Of a stretch of 32,000 nt of DNA, positions 5,854-15,286 are shown piece after piece. Both the position numbers and the translations under genes were made by a program. The first letter of the stretch is position 1; every line of letters begins with the position of its first letter. Source of the DNA: an uncultured bacterium. Its GTDB lineage: Bacteria > Margulisbacteria > WOR-1 > CAVSGV01. Location: contig OY969425.1 in assembly GCA_963699255.1 (NCBI GenBank), forward strand, positions 180,001 through 212,000. Reading direction: 5' to 3'. The notes under the pieces were generated by a model, which was not told the DNA's origin, ran no database searches, and saw only the letters and a program-made list of their open reading frames with translations.

Positions 5854-8847
5854 ATGGTAATAAGTACCGATCAAATAAACCAGACAAAAAATTCAAACAA
5901 ATCCGAAGACTCCGATAATTCTGCTGTTGCCAAGGAACTGAGGAAGATAGAACAGCTTAAACGGCTTCAGCAGCAGCAAATGGACACGAAATCTTACGAC
6001 AAACTGATCAACGATGCAAAGCATCTTGAAACATTAAACAACGAGAAAGGATATCAGGCAAAACTACAGAAAGATCAGGGAATAAAGGTCCTCTCAAGAT
6101 TAGCAAAAGACCTGGCAGGCCTCGGGATAAACCTAACACCCAATTCGCTAAAAAAATCTTCGACCGGCAAGGTCAACGAGGAACTTGAAAATATATTCAA
6201 CAAGACGCTCTTTAAAGAAGACAAGAGTGAAATAACAAAGGAAGCCGTTAAGAGATCGCAGAACAAGGAAGAACAGCAGGGTGAACAGGAGCATCAATCG
6301 GAGAAAAGGGCGGATATCAAAAACCTGTTGAACTCTTTAGACGTGCAGGAAGCCGTTCAGCAGTATTCAAGCGCTTATGCGCAGGAAGCCCTTCAATCAA
6401 ACCCGCAGGCAAGAGAAAAGCTGGCGGAGGCGCAGGACAAGTTAATAAAGAAAGGTTTTTCCGAAAAGGATGTAGAAATACTCGAGAAATCCGTAAAGAG
6501 GTCATTGGACACTGAATTTGTTTCCAGGATCCAGGATAGCTTCATTCAGCAAATATTTTCTCCAAAGAACGCCTTTCAGCTTGTCGCGTCGGAAGAATCC
6601 GGCGGCCTTTTTGGAAAGGTCGTTGAAGAAGACGCCAATAAAATAAGGGACAACTTAACAAAAGAAAACATCAAGATAACGCAGAACGGGGAGGAGAAAA
6701 AATCGAAGCAGCTGGAGGATCAAGAGAAAAATGCGGATATCAACAGGCTGGCGAATTCTTCTGCCGCGAAAGAAGATATCCAGCAGTATTCGAACGCTTA
6801 TGCGCAGTATGCCGCTGCGTCATCCCCGGAAGCGAAAGAGAAGCTGGAGGACGTGCAGGACAGGTTAAGGCAGAAAGGCTTTTCCGAAAAGGACATTGAG
6901 ATACTTGAAAAGGCCGTAAAAAGATCTTTGAGCACCGATGGTGTCTCCAAGAATCAGGATGACCTTACCCAGCACATGTTCTCGCAAAAGAGCGTCTTTC
7001 AGGTCGGCCTGGAAACGGAAAGCCTTAATGGAATGTTCGAAAGGATCGGCAAGGAAAGCCGCTTGGAAGCGAAGGAAAACTCAACCAAAGAAGATGTCAG
7101 GCAAATGCAGGGCGGAGAGGAGAAAAAAACAAAGCAGCTGGAGGATCAGCAGAAAAAAACGGATATCAACAAGCCGTCAGACTCTTCTGCCGCGAAAGAC
7201 GTTGTCCAGCAGTATTCGAACGCATACGCACAGTTTGCCGCCGTGTCATCCCCGCAAGCCAGGGAAAATCTGGACTACGCGCAGAACAGGTTAAGAGAGA
7301 AAGGATTTTCTGAGAAAGACATCGTTGTACTCAATAAAGTCGTGAAGAGATCTTTGAATGCCGGGCACGCTCCCGAACTCCAGGACAAGGATGCATTTTC
7401 TCCGAAGAACGCTTTCCAGCTTATTGTGGCGTCAAAGGAGCTTGGCGGCATTTTTGAAAGGATCATCAAAGAAAATAACGATAAAGTGGAAGATAGATCA
7501 ACAAAGGGAGAGGGCAAAAGCGCCCATGGCTTGGATAGGAAAGGGAAGGAGCATGTTGGCTCCAGAGAAGATAAAGCGGACATAAAAAAGTCTGATAGCT
7601 CTTCCGATGTGAAAGAGGCTGTTCAGCAGTATTCGGCCGCTTTTGCGCAGAGTGCTGTCTCGGCATCCCCGGAAGCCAGGGAGAGACTGGACGATGCCAG
7701 GAACAAGCTGAAAAGCAAAGGCGTTTCCGAAAAGGACATTATTAGCATCGAAAGGACCGTAAAAAGATCTTTAAGAACGGACTATTCCTCCGAGATCAAG
7801 GACAGCCTTACAAAACACATGTTCTCTCCAAAGAACACTTTCGAGTTCGTTGTTACCTCAAGGCAGCTGAACAACGCGTTTGAGGGGGCGATCAAGGCTG
7901 AACAACTCTCGGGCGTGAGCGGCGACCAGCAGGTAGTGAACGATCAAATGGCGCGTGCCGGCGAAGCATCCCGCGAGGAAATTAAGGATTTCATAAAGGA
8001 CGCGGTTGAATCCAAACTTATGGAGCGCCACATTTCCAACAGGAACAACAGGAATGAGGTAAAAAAACTGGTTGATCTGGGCCATAAGGTAGGGTTCAAT
8101 TTCAATGAATTCCTCAAAACATGGGAGAGTAAAAAGTTCGATCTGGGCCTGTTCGTTCTTGAGATCGAAAACACGTACAAGGCGCAAAACACGGGTGAAA
8201 TTTCCATAGGGGAGGTCAGCACCGGCGGGGTGAAGGACAAGAACGGCTACGAGATGACGAAGGACGAAGAACGAGAGCTTTTGATCAACCAGCTGAGGGC
8301 GGAGCTCATGAAAAAAGCCATAACCGGGGATCCTTTCGCGGTGTTCAGTTTCGCTCCGAAGATAAGAAAGCTGAAGAACGGGCTCATAAAGCTGGGGCTT
8401 GAGACGGAAGCTTTTAACAAGATAGAGAAAGAAGCGAAAGCGCTTGCAAGGTACAGGACCCTGGAGATGCTTAAGGGCGCGTTCCTGGAGAGGTCGACCT
8501 ATTACGAACTTTCAGGCCCGGCATATAATCTGCTCAAGAACAAGCAAAAGGGCCTTGTTTCCAACCTTAAGAACCTTGACCTGGAATTCTCGAAAGAGGA
8601 GCTTAACATGTTAAGGGATGACGCGAACAGGCAGATGCACGACCACGCGATAATCGAGCTGAAATCCGCCGTGGCTATCCTTGCAAACGGGGATAATCCG
8701 ACACTTGAAGAGAAAGTTCCATTGATGATCAAGCTAATACAGCGTCTCAGGGAGGAATCAGATTTCAGCCACGGGGTGGGCGAAGATCTGGATGAAGTGA
8801 TATACAGGTATAATAACGGCCAAAAAGCGGTCAAGGAGCACGCCTAA
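5854..8847 (+). CDS. Large (997 aa) internally repetitive helical protein, putative exported effector or structural protein
   Basis: Complete ORF, RBS gaggagagag; four internal repeats of (V/I)QQYSxAYAQxAxxSxPxAxExLxxAQxRLxxKGFSEKDIxxLEKxVKRSL; no signal peptide. Confidence 0.85.
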   Translation: MVISTDQINQTKNSNKSEDSDNSAVAKELRKIEQLKRLQQQQMDTKSYDKLINDAKHLETLNNEKGYQAKLQKDQGIKVLSRLAKDLAGLGINLTPNSLKKSSTGKVNEELENIFNKTLFKEDKSEITKEAVKRSQNKEEQQGEQEHQSEKRADIKNLLNSLDVQEAVQQYSSAYAQEALQSNPQAREKLAEAQDKLIKKGFSEKDVEILEKSVKRSLDTEFVSRIQDSFIQQIFSPKNAFQLVASEESGGLFGKVVEEDANKIRDNLTKENIKITQNGEEKKSKQLEDQEKNADINRLANSSAAKEDIQQYSNAYAQYAAASSPEAKEKLEDVQDRLRQKGFSEKDIEILEKAVKRSLSTDGVSKNQDDLTQHMFSQKSVFQVGLETESLNGMFERIGKESRLEAKENSTKEDVRQMQGGEEKKTKQLEDQQKKTDINKPSDSSAAKDVVQQYSNAYAQFAAVSSPQARENLDYAQNRLREKGFSEKDIVVLNKVVKRSLNAGHAPELQDKDAFSPKNAFQLIVASKELGGIFERIIKENNDKVEDRSTKGEGKSAHGLDRKGKEHVGSREDKADIKKSDSSSDVKEAVQQYSAAFAQSAVSASPEARERLDDARNKLKSKGVSEKDIISIERTVKRSLRTDYSSEIKDSLTKHMFSPKNTFEFVVTSRQLNNAFEGAIKAEQLSGVSGDQQVVNDQMARAGEASREEIKDFIKDAVESKLMERHISNRNNRNEVKKLVDLGHKVGFNFNEFLKTWESKKFDLGLFVLEIENTYKAQNTGEISIGEVSTGGVKDKNGYEMTKDEERELLINQLRAELMKKAITGDPFAVFSFAPKIRKLKNGLIKLGLETEAFNKIEKEAKALARYRTLEMLKGAFLERSTYYELSGPAYNLLKNKQKGLVSNLKNLDLEFSKEELNMLRDDANRQMHDHAIIELKSAVAILANGDNPTLEEKVPLMIKLIQRLREESDFSHGVGEDLDEVIYRYNNGQKAVKEHA
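6340..7860 (+). repeat. Four tandem coding repeats, period about 417-426 nt (139-142 aa)
   Basis: CAG TAT TC(a/g) of the QQYS motif occurs at 6361, 6784, 7210 and 7627. Confidence 0.9.
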
Positions 8848-8859
8848 AGCATGAAAAAG

Positions 8860-8893
8860 CATGCAATTTTTGGCTGTTTTTTACGATATATAT
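8860..8893 (+). promoter_or_regulatory. Shared upstream element, sigma28-like promoter (copy 5, variant)
   Basis: CATGCAATTTTTGGCTGTTTTTTACGATATATAT; spacing about 1 nt shorter than the other copies; upstream of the ATG at 8919. Confidence 0.45.
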
Positions 8894-8918
8894 ATAGGAA
8901 GGGGTAGGGGGAAATTAT

Positions 8919-10217
8919 ATGGCAGACCAGACTATAAATAATACACAACCGGCAAGACAGCCGATAAATCTGTTGCCGATGGCTCCTAGGGGCAAGAATG
9001 TTCAGGTCCAGTCTAATGAACAGTTATCCGGGAAGACAGAGCTTGCAACATCCTATATTGTGACTATTTCCACTGCCGCAAACAAAGAGCCCGAACAGGA
9101 AAATACTATTAAGGTCATAATTTCAAGCGTGGGAGGATGGTTTTCAAAAGCTGGAAAAACTATGGCAAATTGGGCGGGTGGCGCATGGGATGCGATCTCC
9201 GGCCTGTTTAACAAGGTAGGGAAGGCGGAAGAAGAAATAGATAAGGCACAAAGGGAAGGCGACAATAACAAGGCCGAGGAATTAGCAAAAGAATGCTTAA
9301 AGAACGATGTCGGAGCTGCAAATGTTGATGAAATGAGCGGGGAAGAAGCGATCGCGTTTGTAGAAAAGATCGATGATATCCACGAAAAAATGGATGCGGC
9401 AATAGTGGCTGTGAACAGGGGTGAGTTCACAAAGTTAAAGGTTGAACTTGAAAATATACTTGCTGAGCTTAAGGGTGTGAAGGAAAAGGCAAAAATTCCT
9501 GAGCAGGCTCAATTCAAAATAACTGCTGCTGTTAAAGTGTCCAACGAGGGAACCAATTTCTTTGTTGAAAAGATTAAAATAGAAGTTGAAGATATCAACA
9601 AGCAGGGCAGATCACCAGAGAGCGAGAAAAAAATAAATGAATTAAATAATCAATTGGTGGCAATAACTATGCCAGATCGATCCATAAAAGAAAGTTTGCT
9701 GGCCCTTCAGATATCTGCGGAAGCAATAGCCGGGATAGACGAAAATATCGGCAAAGCAGGGGAAGTTGCTGCAGAGATCATTCAGGTTGCTGCGGTAAAA
9801 GGATATAAGCTTGATAACTTCGCTCAACTTGCGAGCATAGCCGGGGTCGGGAGCGGAGATGCGGTTGAGAGCGATGAAGAAATCGGAGTTGTTGATGGTG
9901 CTCAGCTGGCAAGGAACTTTCATCCCATATCCAACGATCTTACGGAAAAGGTGGTCACGATGTTGCGCGAGAACAGAGAGGAACAGGACAGGCTTGATAA
10001 CAAGGCTTACGAAAAAAAAGAACTGGAAGTTCAAATGGAAAATAAGCAAGACGAAAAACAATATCTGGTAAAGATCGCTGAAAAAAGAAGGCAGCTTGGT
10101 AAATTACAAAAACAGCTGGAACAGATCATTAAGCCCGACCTGGCAGAGCAAGAAAAGATTAATAATATCATTGGCCAGATCATTGAAAATATCAATAAAC
10201 CCACGCCCTTAACTTAG
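8919..10217 (+). CDS. Hypothetical 432-aa coiled-coil-rich protein, putative exported substrate
   Basis: MADQTINNTQPARQPINLLPMAPRGKNVQVQSNEQ N-terminus followed by long charged helices. Confidence 0.75.
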   Translation: MADQTINNTQPARQPINLLPMAPRGKNVQVQSNEQLSGKTELATSYIVTISTAANKEPEQENTIKVIISSVGGWFSKAGKTMANWAGGAWDAISGLFNKVGKAEEEIDKAQREGDNNKAEELAKECLKNDVGAANVDEMSGEEAIAFVEKIDDIHEKMDAAIVAVNRGEFTKLKVELENILAELKGVKEKAKIPEQAQFKITAAVKVSNEGTNFFVEKIKIEVEDINKQGRSPESEKKINELNNQLVAITMPDRSIKESLLALQISAEAIAGIDENIGKAGEVAAEIIQVAAVKGYKLDNFAQLASIAGVGSGDAVESDEEIGVVDGAQLARNFHPISNDLTEKVVTMLRENREEQDRLDNKAYEKKELEVQMENKQDEKQYLVKIAEKRRQLGKLQKQLEQIIKPDLAEQEKINNIIGQIIENINKPTPLT

Positions 10218-10272
10218 CTTTAATAATACCCCGTTCCCTTTACAAGATGATGTGTAAATCTCGATGATCAGA

Positions 10273-11481
10273 TCAGGAGAATAGGCCCTCTAGGGCTGCC
10301 CAGTACATGGTGGCGTTTTGTATCGAAAATCTTTCCTTAACGGCATCATAAGCGTTCTGCCCGATCCGCTTTCTTAGATCGGGGTCCAGCAGTTTTTCCA
10401 GGTAAGTTCCCCATTCGCCCTGATGGGCAATGAACCCGGTTTTCCCGTGTTCAATATAATTCCCATAGACAATAGGGGAGCAAACAGACGGGACTTTCAT
10501 CGCGCTCATTTCTTCCCACTTGAGAGGCGATTTTCCGTAATTGAAAGCATCATCAGTTAAAGGGCATATGGCTATGTCTCCCGAAAGTTCTGTCAACGAT
10601 AAAGGATAGGTGTTTATGTCAGAGTGCCAGGGGGACCATGTAACCCTGTCACTTATTTCGTGGAATATCGCGGGAAAGTTCACACCCTGGAACACATATT
10701 CAACTTCCGGGTGCTTTTTCGCAAAAGATATCAATTCCTGTTTCACCATTGTAAGGTCAATGTAGTGGGATGCTCCTCCCTGCCATACTACTCTCAGTTT
10801 TCCGTCATTCTTTTTCTTCATCGGGAGGAACCTGTCAAAGTCCACAAGGTTTGGCAGGACAGTTATCCCGCCCTCGGGGCGATATTTCCTTAATTCATCC
10901 TTCAGCTGCGGGGTGGCCACTGTTATGAGGTCGACTTCTTGAATGATCTTTTGCACTGTCATTAGCGTCAATTGATTGGCTGCAATGTTAAACGTTTCCC
11001 GCGCGCCTCCCCACAAAAAAGTTCTGTGCTTATCTTTCCAAATGGAAACTGTCGCGGACCCGTCCGGATCCATGCGAAAAAGTTCTTTATCTCTCTCCTG
11101 GATCGTGGGCATCAGGATATCCACTTGTTGCTTGCTTAAATGCAGATTACCCACTTCTTTAGTGCCGAGCATGCAATATGAGGGGTTCCAGGGGCAAACA
11201 TTAAAAATGTCATCATCAAAATCCGCCACTACTTTTTGGGACTTTTCTCGCCCGCGCTTGATCGCCTTGAGTAATTTATAGTGATTCTGGGTGGTCGGAT
11301 AAGATTGAATAACTATATCAGCCTGCTTGATTTCATTAGCAAGCTGTTCTTTATCAGGATGATCCAGGTCATATATGGATATGTCTTTGCCTAGAATGTT
11401 CTTTAAATAGCCATATGGCTGTACTATGCGATAATATTCATGCGCTAAACTCTTATCTAATGATAAAGCAATGACTTTCAT
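10273..11481 (-). CDS. Glycosyltransferase-like protein (GT4/GT1-type fold), copy A
   Basis: 402 aa; TVATPQLKDELRKYRPEGGITVLPNLVDF, KLRVVWQGGASHYIDL, DIAICPLTDDAFNYGKSPLKWEEMSAMKVPSVCSPIVYG, GFIAHQGEWGTYLEKLLDPDLRKRIGQNAYDAVKERFS. Confidence 0.75.
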   Translation of the reverse strand: MKVIALSLDKSLAHEYYRIVQPYGYLKNILGKDISIYDLDHPDKEQLANEIKQADIVIQSYPTTQNHYKLLKAIKRGREKSQKVVADFDDDIFNVCPWNPSYCMLGTKEVGNLHLSKQQVDILMPTIQERDKELFRMDPDGSATVSIWKDKHRTFLWGGARETFNIAANQLTLMTVQKIIQEVDLITVATPQLKDELRKYRPEGGITVLPNLVDFDRFLPMKKKNDGKLRVVWQGGASHYIDLTMVKQELISFAKKHPEVEYVFQGVNFPAIFHEISDRVTWSPWHSDINTYPLSLTELSGDIAICPLTDDAFNYGKSPLKWEEMSAMKVPSVCSPIVYGNYIEHGKTGFIAHQGEWGTYLEKLLDPDLRKRIGQNAYDAVKERFSIQNATMYWAALEGLFS

Positions 11482-12689
11482 AATAAACTAATATCCTCAA
11501 GGGCCGCCCAGTACATAGCGGCGTTTTGTATCGAAAATCTTTCCTTAACGTCATCATAAGCATTTTGCCCGATCTGCCTTCTTAGATCAGGGTCCAGCAG
11601 TTTTTCCAGGCAAGTTCCCCATTCGCCCTGACGGGCAATGAACCCGGTCTTTCCATGTTCAATAAAGTTGCCGTAGACAATAGGGGAGCAAACAGACGGG
11701 ACTTTCATCGCGCTCATTTCTTCCCATTTGAGAGGGGACTTTCCGTAATTGAAAGCATCATCAGTTAAAGGGCATATCGCGATATCCCCTGCGAGTTCTG
11801 TCAACGATAAAGGATAGGTGTTAATGTCCGAGTGCCAGGGAAGCCAAGTAACCCTATCTGCAATTTCATGAAATATCGCCGGGAGCTTCGTACCCTGGAA
11901 CACATATTCAACTTCCGGATGCTTCCTGGCAAAAGAGATCAATTCCTGTTTCACCATTGTAAGGTCAAGATAGTGAGCTGACGGCCCCTGCCACACGATC
12001 CTCAGCTTCCCGTCGTTCTTTTTTTTCATCGGGAGGAACCTGCCAAAGTCCACAAGGTTTGGCAGGATGGTTATCCTGCCCTGGGGGCGATATTTCCTTA
12101 ATTCCTCAGCGAATTGCGGGGTAGCCGCTGTTATAAGGTCGACTTCCCGCATGATCTTTTTTATGGTCTCCAGCCTTGCCAGGTTCTCCGCGATGTCAAA
12201 CCTATCCCCATCTTCACCCCACAAGAACGATCTGTGCTTATCTTTCCACATGTAAGCGTTCGCCGATCCATCCGGGTTCATTTGAAACAGTTGTTTATCG
12301 TCTTCCCTGATCGAAGGCATCAGGTCGTCAACTTGTTTCCTGTCCAAATGTAGATTGCCCACCTCTTTGGTCCCAAGCAAGGCATAAGAGCAATGCCAGG
12401 GGCACACATTGAACGGGTCATCGTCAAAATCCGCAACGACTCTTTGCTTTTTATCTTTTCTGCCCATGATCGCTTTGATCAGCCTGTATTGATCATGCGT
12501 GTATGGCTCGTGGAAAACTACCACATCAGCCAGTTTAACCTCATTGCCAAGCTGTTCTTTATCAGGATGATCCAGGTCATATATGGATATGTCTTTGCCT
12601 AGAACGTTCTTAAGGTAGCCATAGGGTTGAAGTATCCGGTAAAATACTTTTGGCGAATTCTTTTCTATTAATAAAACAATTATCTTCAT
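11478..12689 (-). CDS. Glycosyltransferase-like protein, tandem paralog (copy B)
   Basis: 403 aa, strongly similar along its full length to 10273-11481; 4-nt stop/start overlap between the copies. Confidence 0.75.
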   Translation of the reverse strand: MKIIVLLIEKNSPKVFYRILQPYGYLKNVLGKDISIYDLDHPDKEQLGNEVKLADVVVFHEPYTHDQYRLIKAIMGRKDKKQRVVADFDDDPFNVCPWHCSYALLGTKEVGNLHLDRKQVDDLMPSIREDDKQLFQMNPDGSANAYMWKDKHRSFLWGEDGDRFDIAENLARLETIKKIMREVDLITAATPQFAEELRKYRPQGRITILPNLVDFGRFLPMKKKNDGKLRIVWQGPSAHYLDLTMVKQELISFARKHPEVEYVFQGTKLPAIFHEIADRVTWLPWHSDINTYPLSLTELAGDIAICPLTDDAFNYGKSPLKWEEMSAMKVPSVCSPIVYGNFIEHGKTGFIARQGEWGTCLEKLLDPDLRRQIGQNAYDDVKERFSIQNAAMYWAALEDISLL

Positions 12690-12723
12690 GATAGATCGGT
12701 CATTTCCATGTTCCCACTTTCGG

Positions 12724-13359
12724 TCAATAATATCCCGTTCCTTTTATCCTTTTCTCGCCAAGATGCGCCGTGCTGTTCAGCAGCGTCACTATCGGGGCGT
12801 TGCCTATTTCAATGATATTGATGCAGGTATTGTCCTGCCTTATGCGCCAGAAATTGTTCAGGTCAATGTGCATATAATGGAAAAGAACTCCCCTGTTCAA
12901 TCCGCCGTGGCCGACAACGCAGAAGGTCTTTCCGCTGTGTTTTTCGATCAGAGATTCGATAGTCGTTACGCCCCGTTTTTGCATTTCCTCAAGGCTTTCT
13001 GCGTCCGGAATGAGCGTCTTTCCCGGGTCTATGAGCCAGCCTCCGTATAGGGCGGGATATTTTCTGCGGATCTCGTCGAATTTCATGTCTTCCCAGATGC
13101 CGTAATCGCGTTCTATTAGACCGGAGATCTTTGTGACATCCAGTCCGTGCGGTTTTGCGATGATCTTAGCCGTTTCGTATGACCGTGATAGCGTGGATGA
13201 ATATATCGCGGAGAAATCCTCTTTGGCCAGGAAATCCGAAAGCGCCTCCGATTCTTCTATGCCGAGCTCGCTTAGATGCGATTCTCCCTGTCCCTGGTAG
13301 CGCTGCTCAAGATTCGCCTGGGTCTCACCGTGGCGAAGGAGGAAAAGTCTAGTGGGCAT
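12724..13359 (-). CDS. Histidine phosphatase (phosphoglycerate mutase-like) family protein
   Basis: LFLLRHGETQANLEQRYQGQGESHLSELG, YSSTLSRSYETAKII, VVGHGGLNRGVLF. Confidence 0.88.
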   Translation of the reverse strand: MPTRLFLLRHGETQANLEQRYQGQGESHLSELGIEESEALSDFLAKEDFSAIYSSTLSRSYETAKIIAKPHGLDVTKISGLIERDYGIWEDMKFDEIRRKYPALYGGWLIDPGKTLIPDAESLEEMQKRGVTTIESLIEKHSGKTFCVVGHGGLNRGVLFHYMHIDLNNFWRIRQDNTCINIIEIGNAPIVTLLNSTAHLGEKRIKGTGYY

Positions 13360-13372
13360 ATATCAACTCGCT

Positions 13373-15160
13373 TTATGATCCCTTTAGGATCCTTTTGTAC
13401 AACGCTTTGTGTTCCTGAAGGATCTCTTTTGGAAGGGTGTTGCCGAACATCTCAAAGAACCTCTTCTGGTCCTCGAGTTCCGCCAGCCACTCCTGCTTTT
13501 TTATCTCAAAAAGCTTCTTTAACGCGCCTTTTGCCATTTTTAAACCGGTCATATCCAGGTCTTTCAGGTTCGGAATATAGCCGATCGGCGTCTGGACGGC
13601 GTCAACCTTTGACCTGCAGCGGCCGATTATCCATTCAAGCACCCGGAGGTTCTCGCTGAATCCCGGCCAGAGGAAATTACCTTTCTCATCCATCCTGAAC
13701 CAGTTGACGTTGAATATCTTCGGAGGCCTGTTCATCAGTTTCCCCATCTTCAGCCAGTGGTGGAAATAATCAGCCATGTTATATCCGCAGAAAGGAAGCA
13801 TCGCCATAGGGTCGCGTCTCAGCTCACCCTGTTTGCCGTACTGCGCCGCGGTCCTCTCCGATGCCATTGTCGCGCCTATATATACGCCGTGCTGCCATGT
13901 CGTGGCTTCATAGACGAGCGGAGCAGTGGTCGCCCGCCTTCCGCCGAATATGATCGCGCTTATGGGCACTCCGTGATGGTGTTCGATCCTGTTCGTTATG
14001 GACGGGCATTGGGACAGGGGCGCGGTAAATCTGCTGTTGGGATTGGCGCCTCTTATCTGGTTCCCGCTTTCATCGATCATGCCCGGTTTCCATTGTTTCC
14101 CCGTCCAATCCGTTCCTTCGGACGGGACCGGCCCATCGGCACCTTCCCACCAAACGGTCTTGTCTTTTTTTAACAGTACGTTGGTGAATATGGTGTTTTT
14201 TTGTATCGTTGCTACGGCATTAGGGTTCGTCTTGCTGTTCGTTCCCGGCGCAACACCGAAAAATCCTGTCTCCGGATTTATGGCCCAAAGAGACCCGTCT
14301 GTATCTACTCGCATCCATGCTATATCATCGCCGACCGTCCATATCCTATATCCCTTCACCATCAAGCCTTTTGGCGGAATGAGCATGGCAAGATTTGTCT
14401 TTCCACAGGCGGAGGGGAAAGCGGCCGCGATGTATCCAATGTATCCGCTTGGGTCCTCTATCCCCATTATAAGCATGTGCTCGGCCATCCAGTTCTCTTC
14501 TTTTGCCATGTAGCTTGCTATCCTGAGCGCCAGGCACTTTTTTCCGAGAAGGACATTCCCTCCGTATCCGGAATTGACGCTCCAGATGGTGTTATCTTCC
14601 GGGAAGTGAAGGATCAATCTTTTGTTGATATCGAGCTCGGCTTTGCTGTGAAGACATTTCGTGAACTCCCCGTCGCTTCCCAGCTTGTCCAGTATTGATT
14701 TGTCGCACCGGCACATTATCAGCATGTTCAATACAACATAGATGCTGTCGGTAAGTTCGATCCCTATCTTGCTGAAGGGTGATCCGATCGGGCCCATTGA
14801 AAAGGGGATAACATACATTGTCCTTCCCTTCATCGATCCCCTGAAATAACTTTTTGCTTTCGCATAAGCGTCCTTCGGGGGCATCCAGTTGTTCGTCGGG
14901 CCGGCGTCTTCCCGTTTTTTTGTGCAGATGTAAGTTAAATGTTCCGTCCTTGCGACATCGTTCAGCGCGGTCCTGTGGTAAAGGGATCTCGGGAGTTTTT
15001 TCTGGTTAAGCTCGATTATCTCGCCGGTTGCGATAGCTTCTTTAGTGAGACGGTTTTTTTGTTCTTCCGAACCGTCCACCAAGACGATACGATCAGGCCG
15101 GCACAGCGCCGCCATCTGCCTCACCCATTGATCCAGTTTTTGATGCTTTGATCTGCTCAT
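13373..15160 (-). CDS. pckG: Phosphoenolpyruvate carboxykinase (GTP)
   Basis: 595 aa; FPSACGKTNLAML P-loop, TVGDDIAWM, GYNMADYFHHWLKMG, NWFR. Confidence 0.95.
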   Translation of the reverse strand: MSRSKHQKLDQWVRQMAALCRPDRIVLVDGSEEQKNRLTKEAIATGEIIELNQKKLPRSLYHRTALNDVARTEHLTYICTKKREDAGPTNNWMPPKDAYAKAKSYFRGSMKGRTMYVIPFSMGPIGSPFSKIGIELTDSIYVVLNMLIMCRCDKSILDKLGSDGEFTKCLHSKAELDINKRLILHFPEDNTIWSVNSGYGGNVLLGKKCLALRIASYMAKEENWMAEHMLIMGIEDPSGYIGYIAAAFPSACGKTNLAMLIPPKGLMVKGYRIWTVGDDIAWMRVDTDGSLWAINPETGFFGVAPGTNSKTNPNAVATIQKNTIFTNVLLKKDKTVWWEGADGPVPSEGTDWTGKQWKPGMIDESGNQIRGANPNSRFTAPLSQCPSITNRIEHHHGVPISAIIFGGRRATTAPLVYEATTWQHGVYIGATMASERTAAQYGKQGELRRDPMAMLPFCGYNMADYFHHWLKMGKLMNRPPKIFNVNWFRMDEKGNFLWPGFSENLRVLEWIIGRCRSKVDAVQTPIGYIPNLKDLDMTGLKMAKGALKKLFEIKKQEWLAELEDQKRFFEMFGNTLPKEILQEHKALYKRILKGS

Positions 15161-15286
15161 AAGTTACAAACCTCCTGTTAATATTAAATGGATTGAGATA
15201 AGAGATTTGAGATCGGAGATCAGAAAAAAGAATATATCTCTACTCCACTCTCTAATCTCTATTCTCTAATCTCCAGTTATTAGATT

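Noticed and set aside
6938-8240. Alternative-frame and antisense ORFs over the 997-aa gene (6938..7294, 7275..7583, 7858..8187, 7944..8240)
   Set aside because: They overlap a long ORF with a coherent repeated protein pattern and have no own RBS; they are shadows of biased codon usage.
13276-14698. Plus-strand ORFs opposite pckG (13276..13659, 13757..14173, 13998..14513, 14201..14698)
   Set aside because: Low-complexity or unrecognisable products antisense to a clearly conserved PEPCK.
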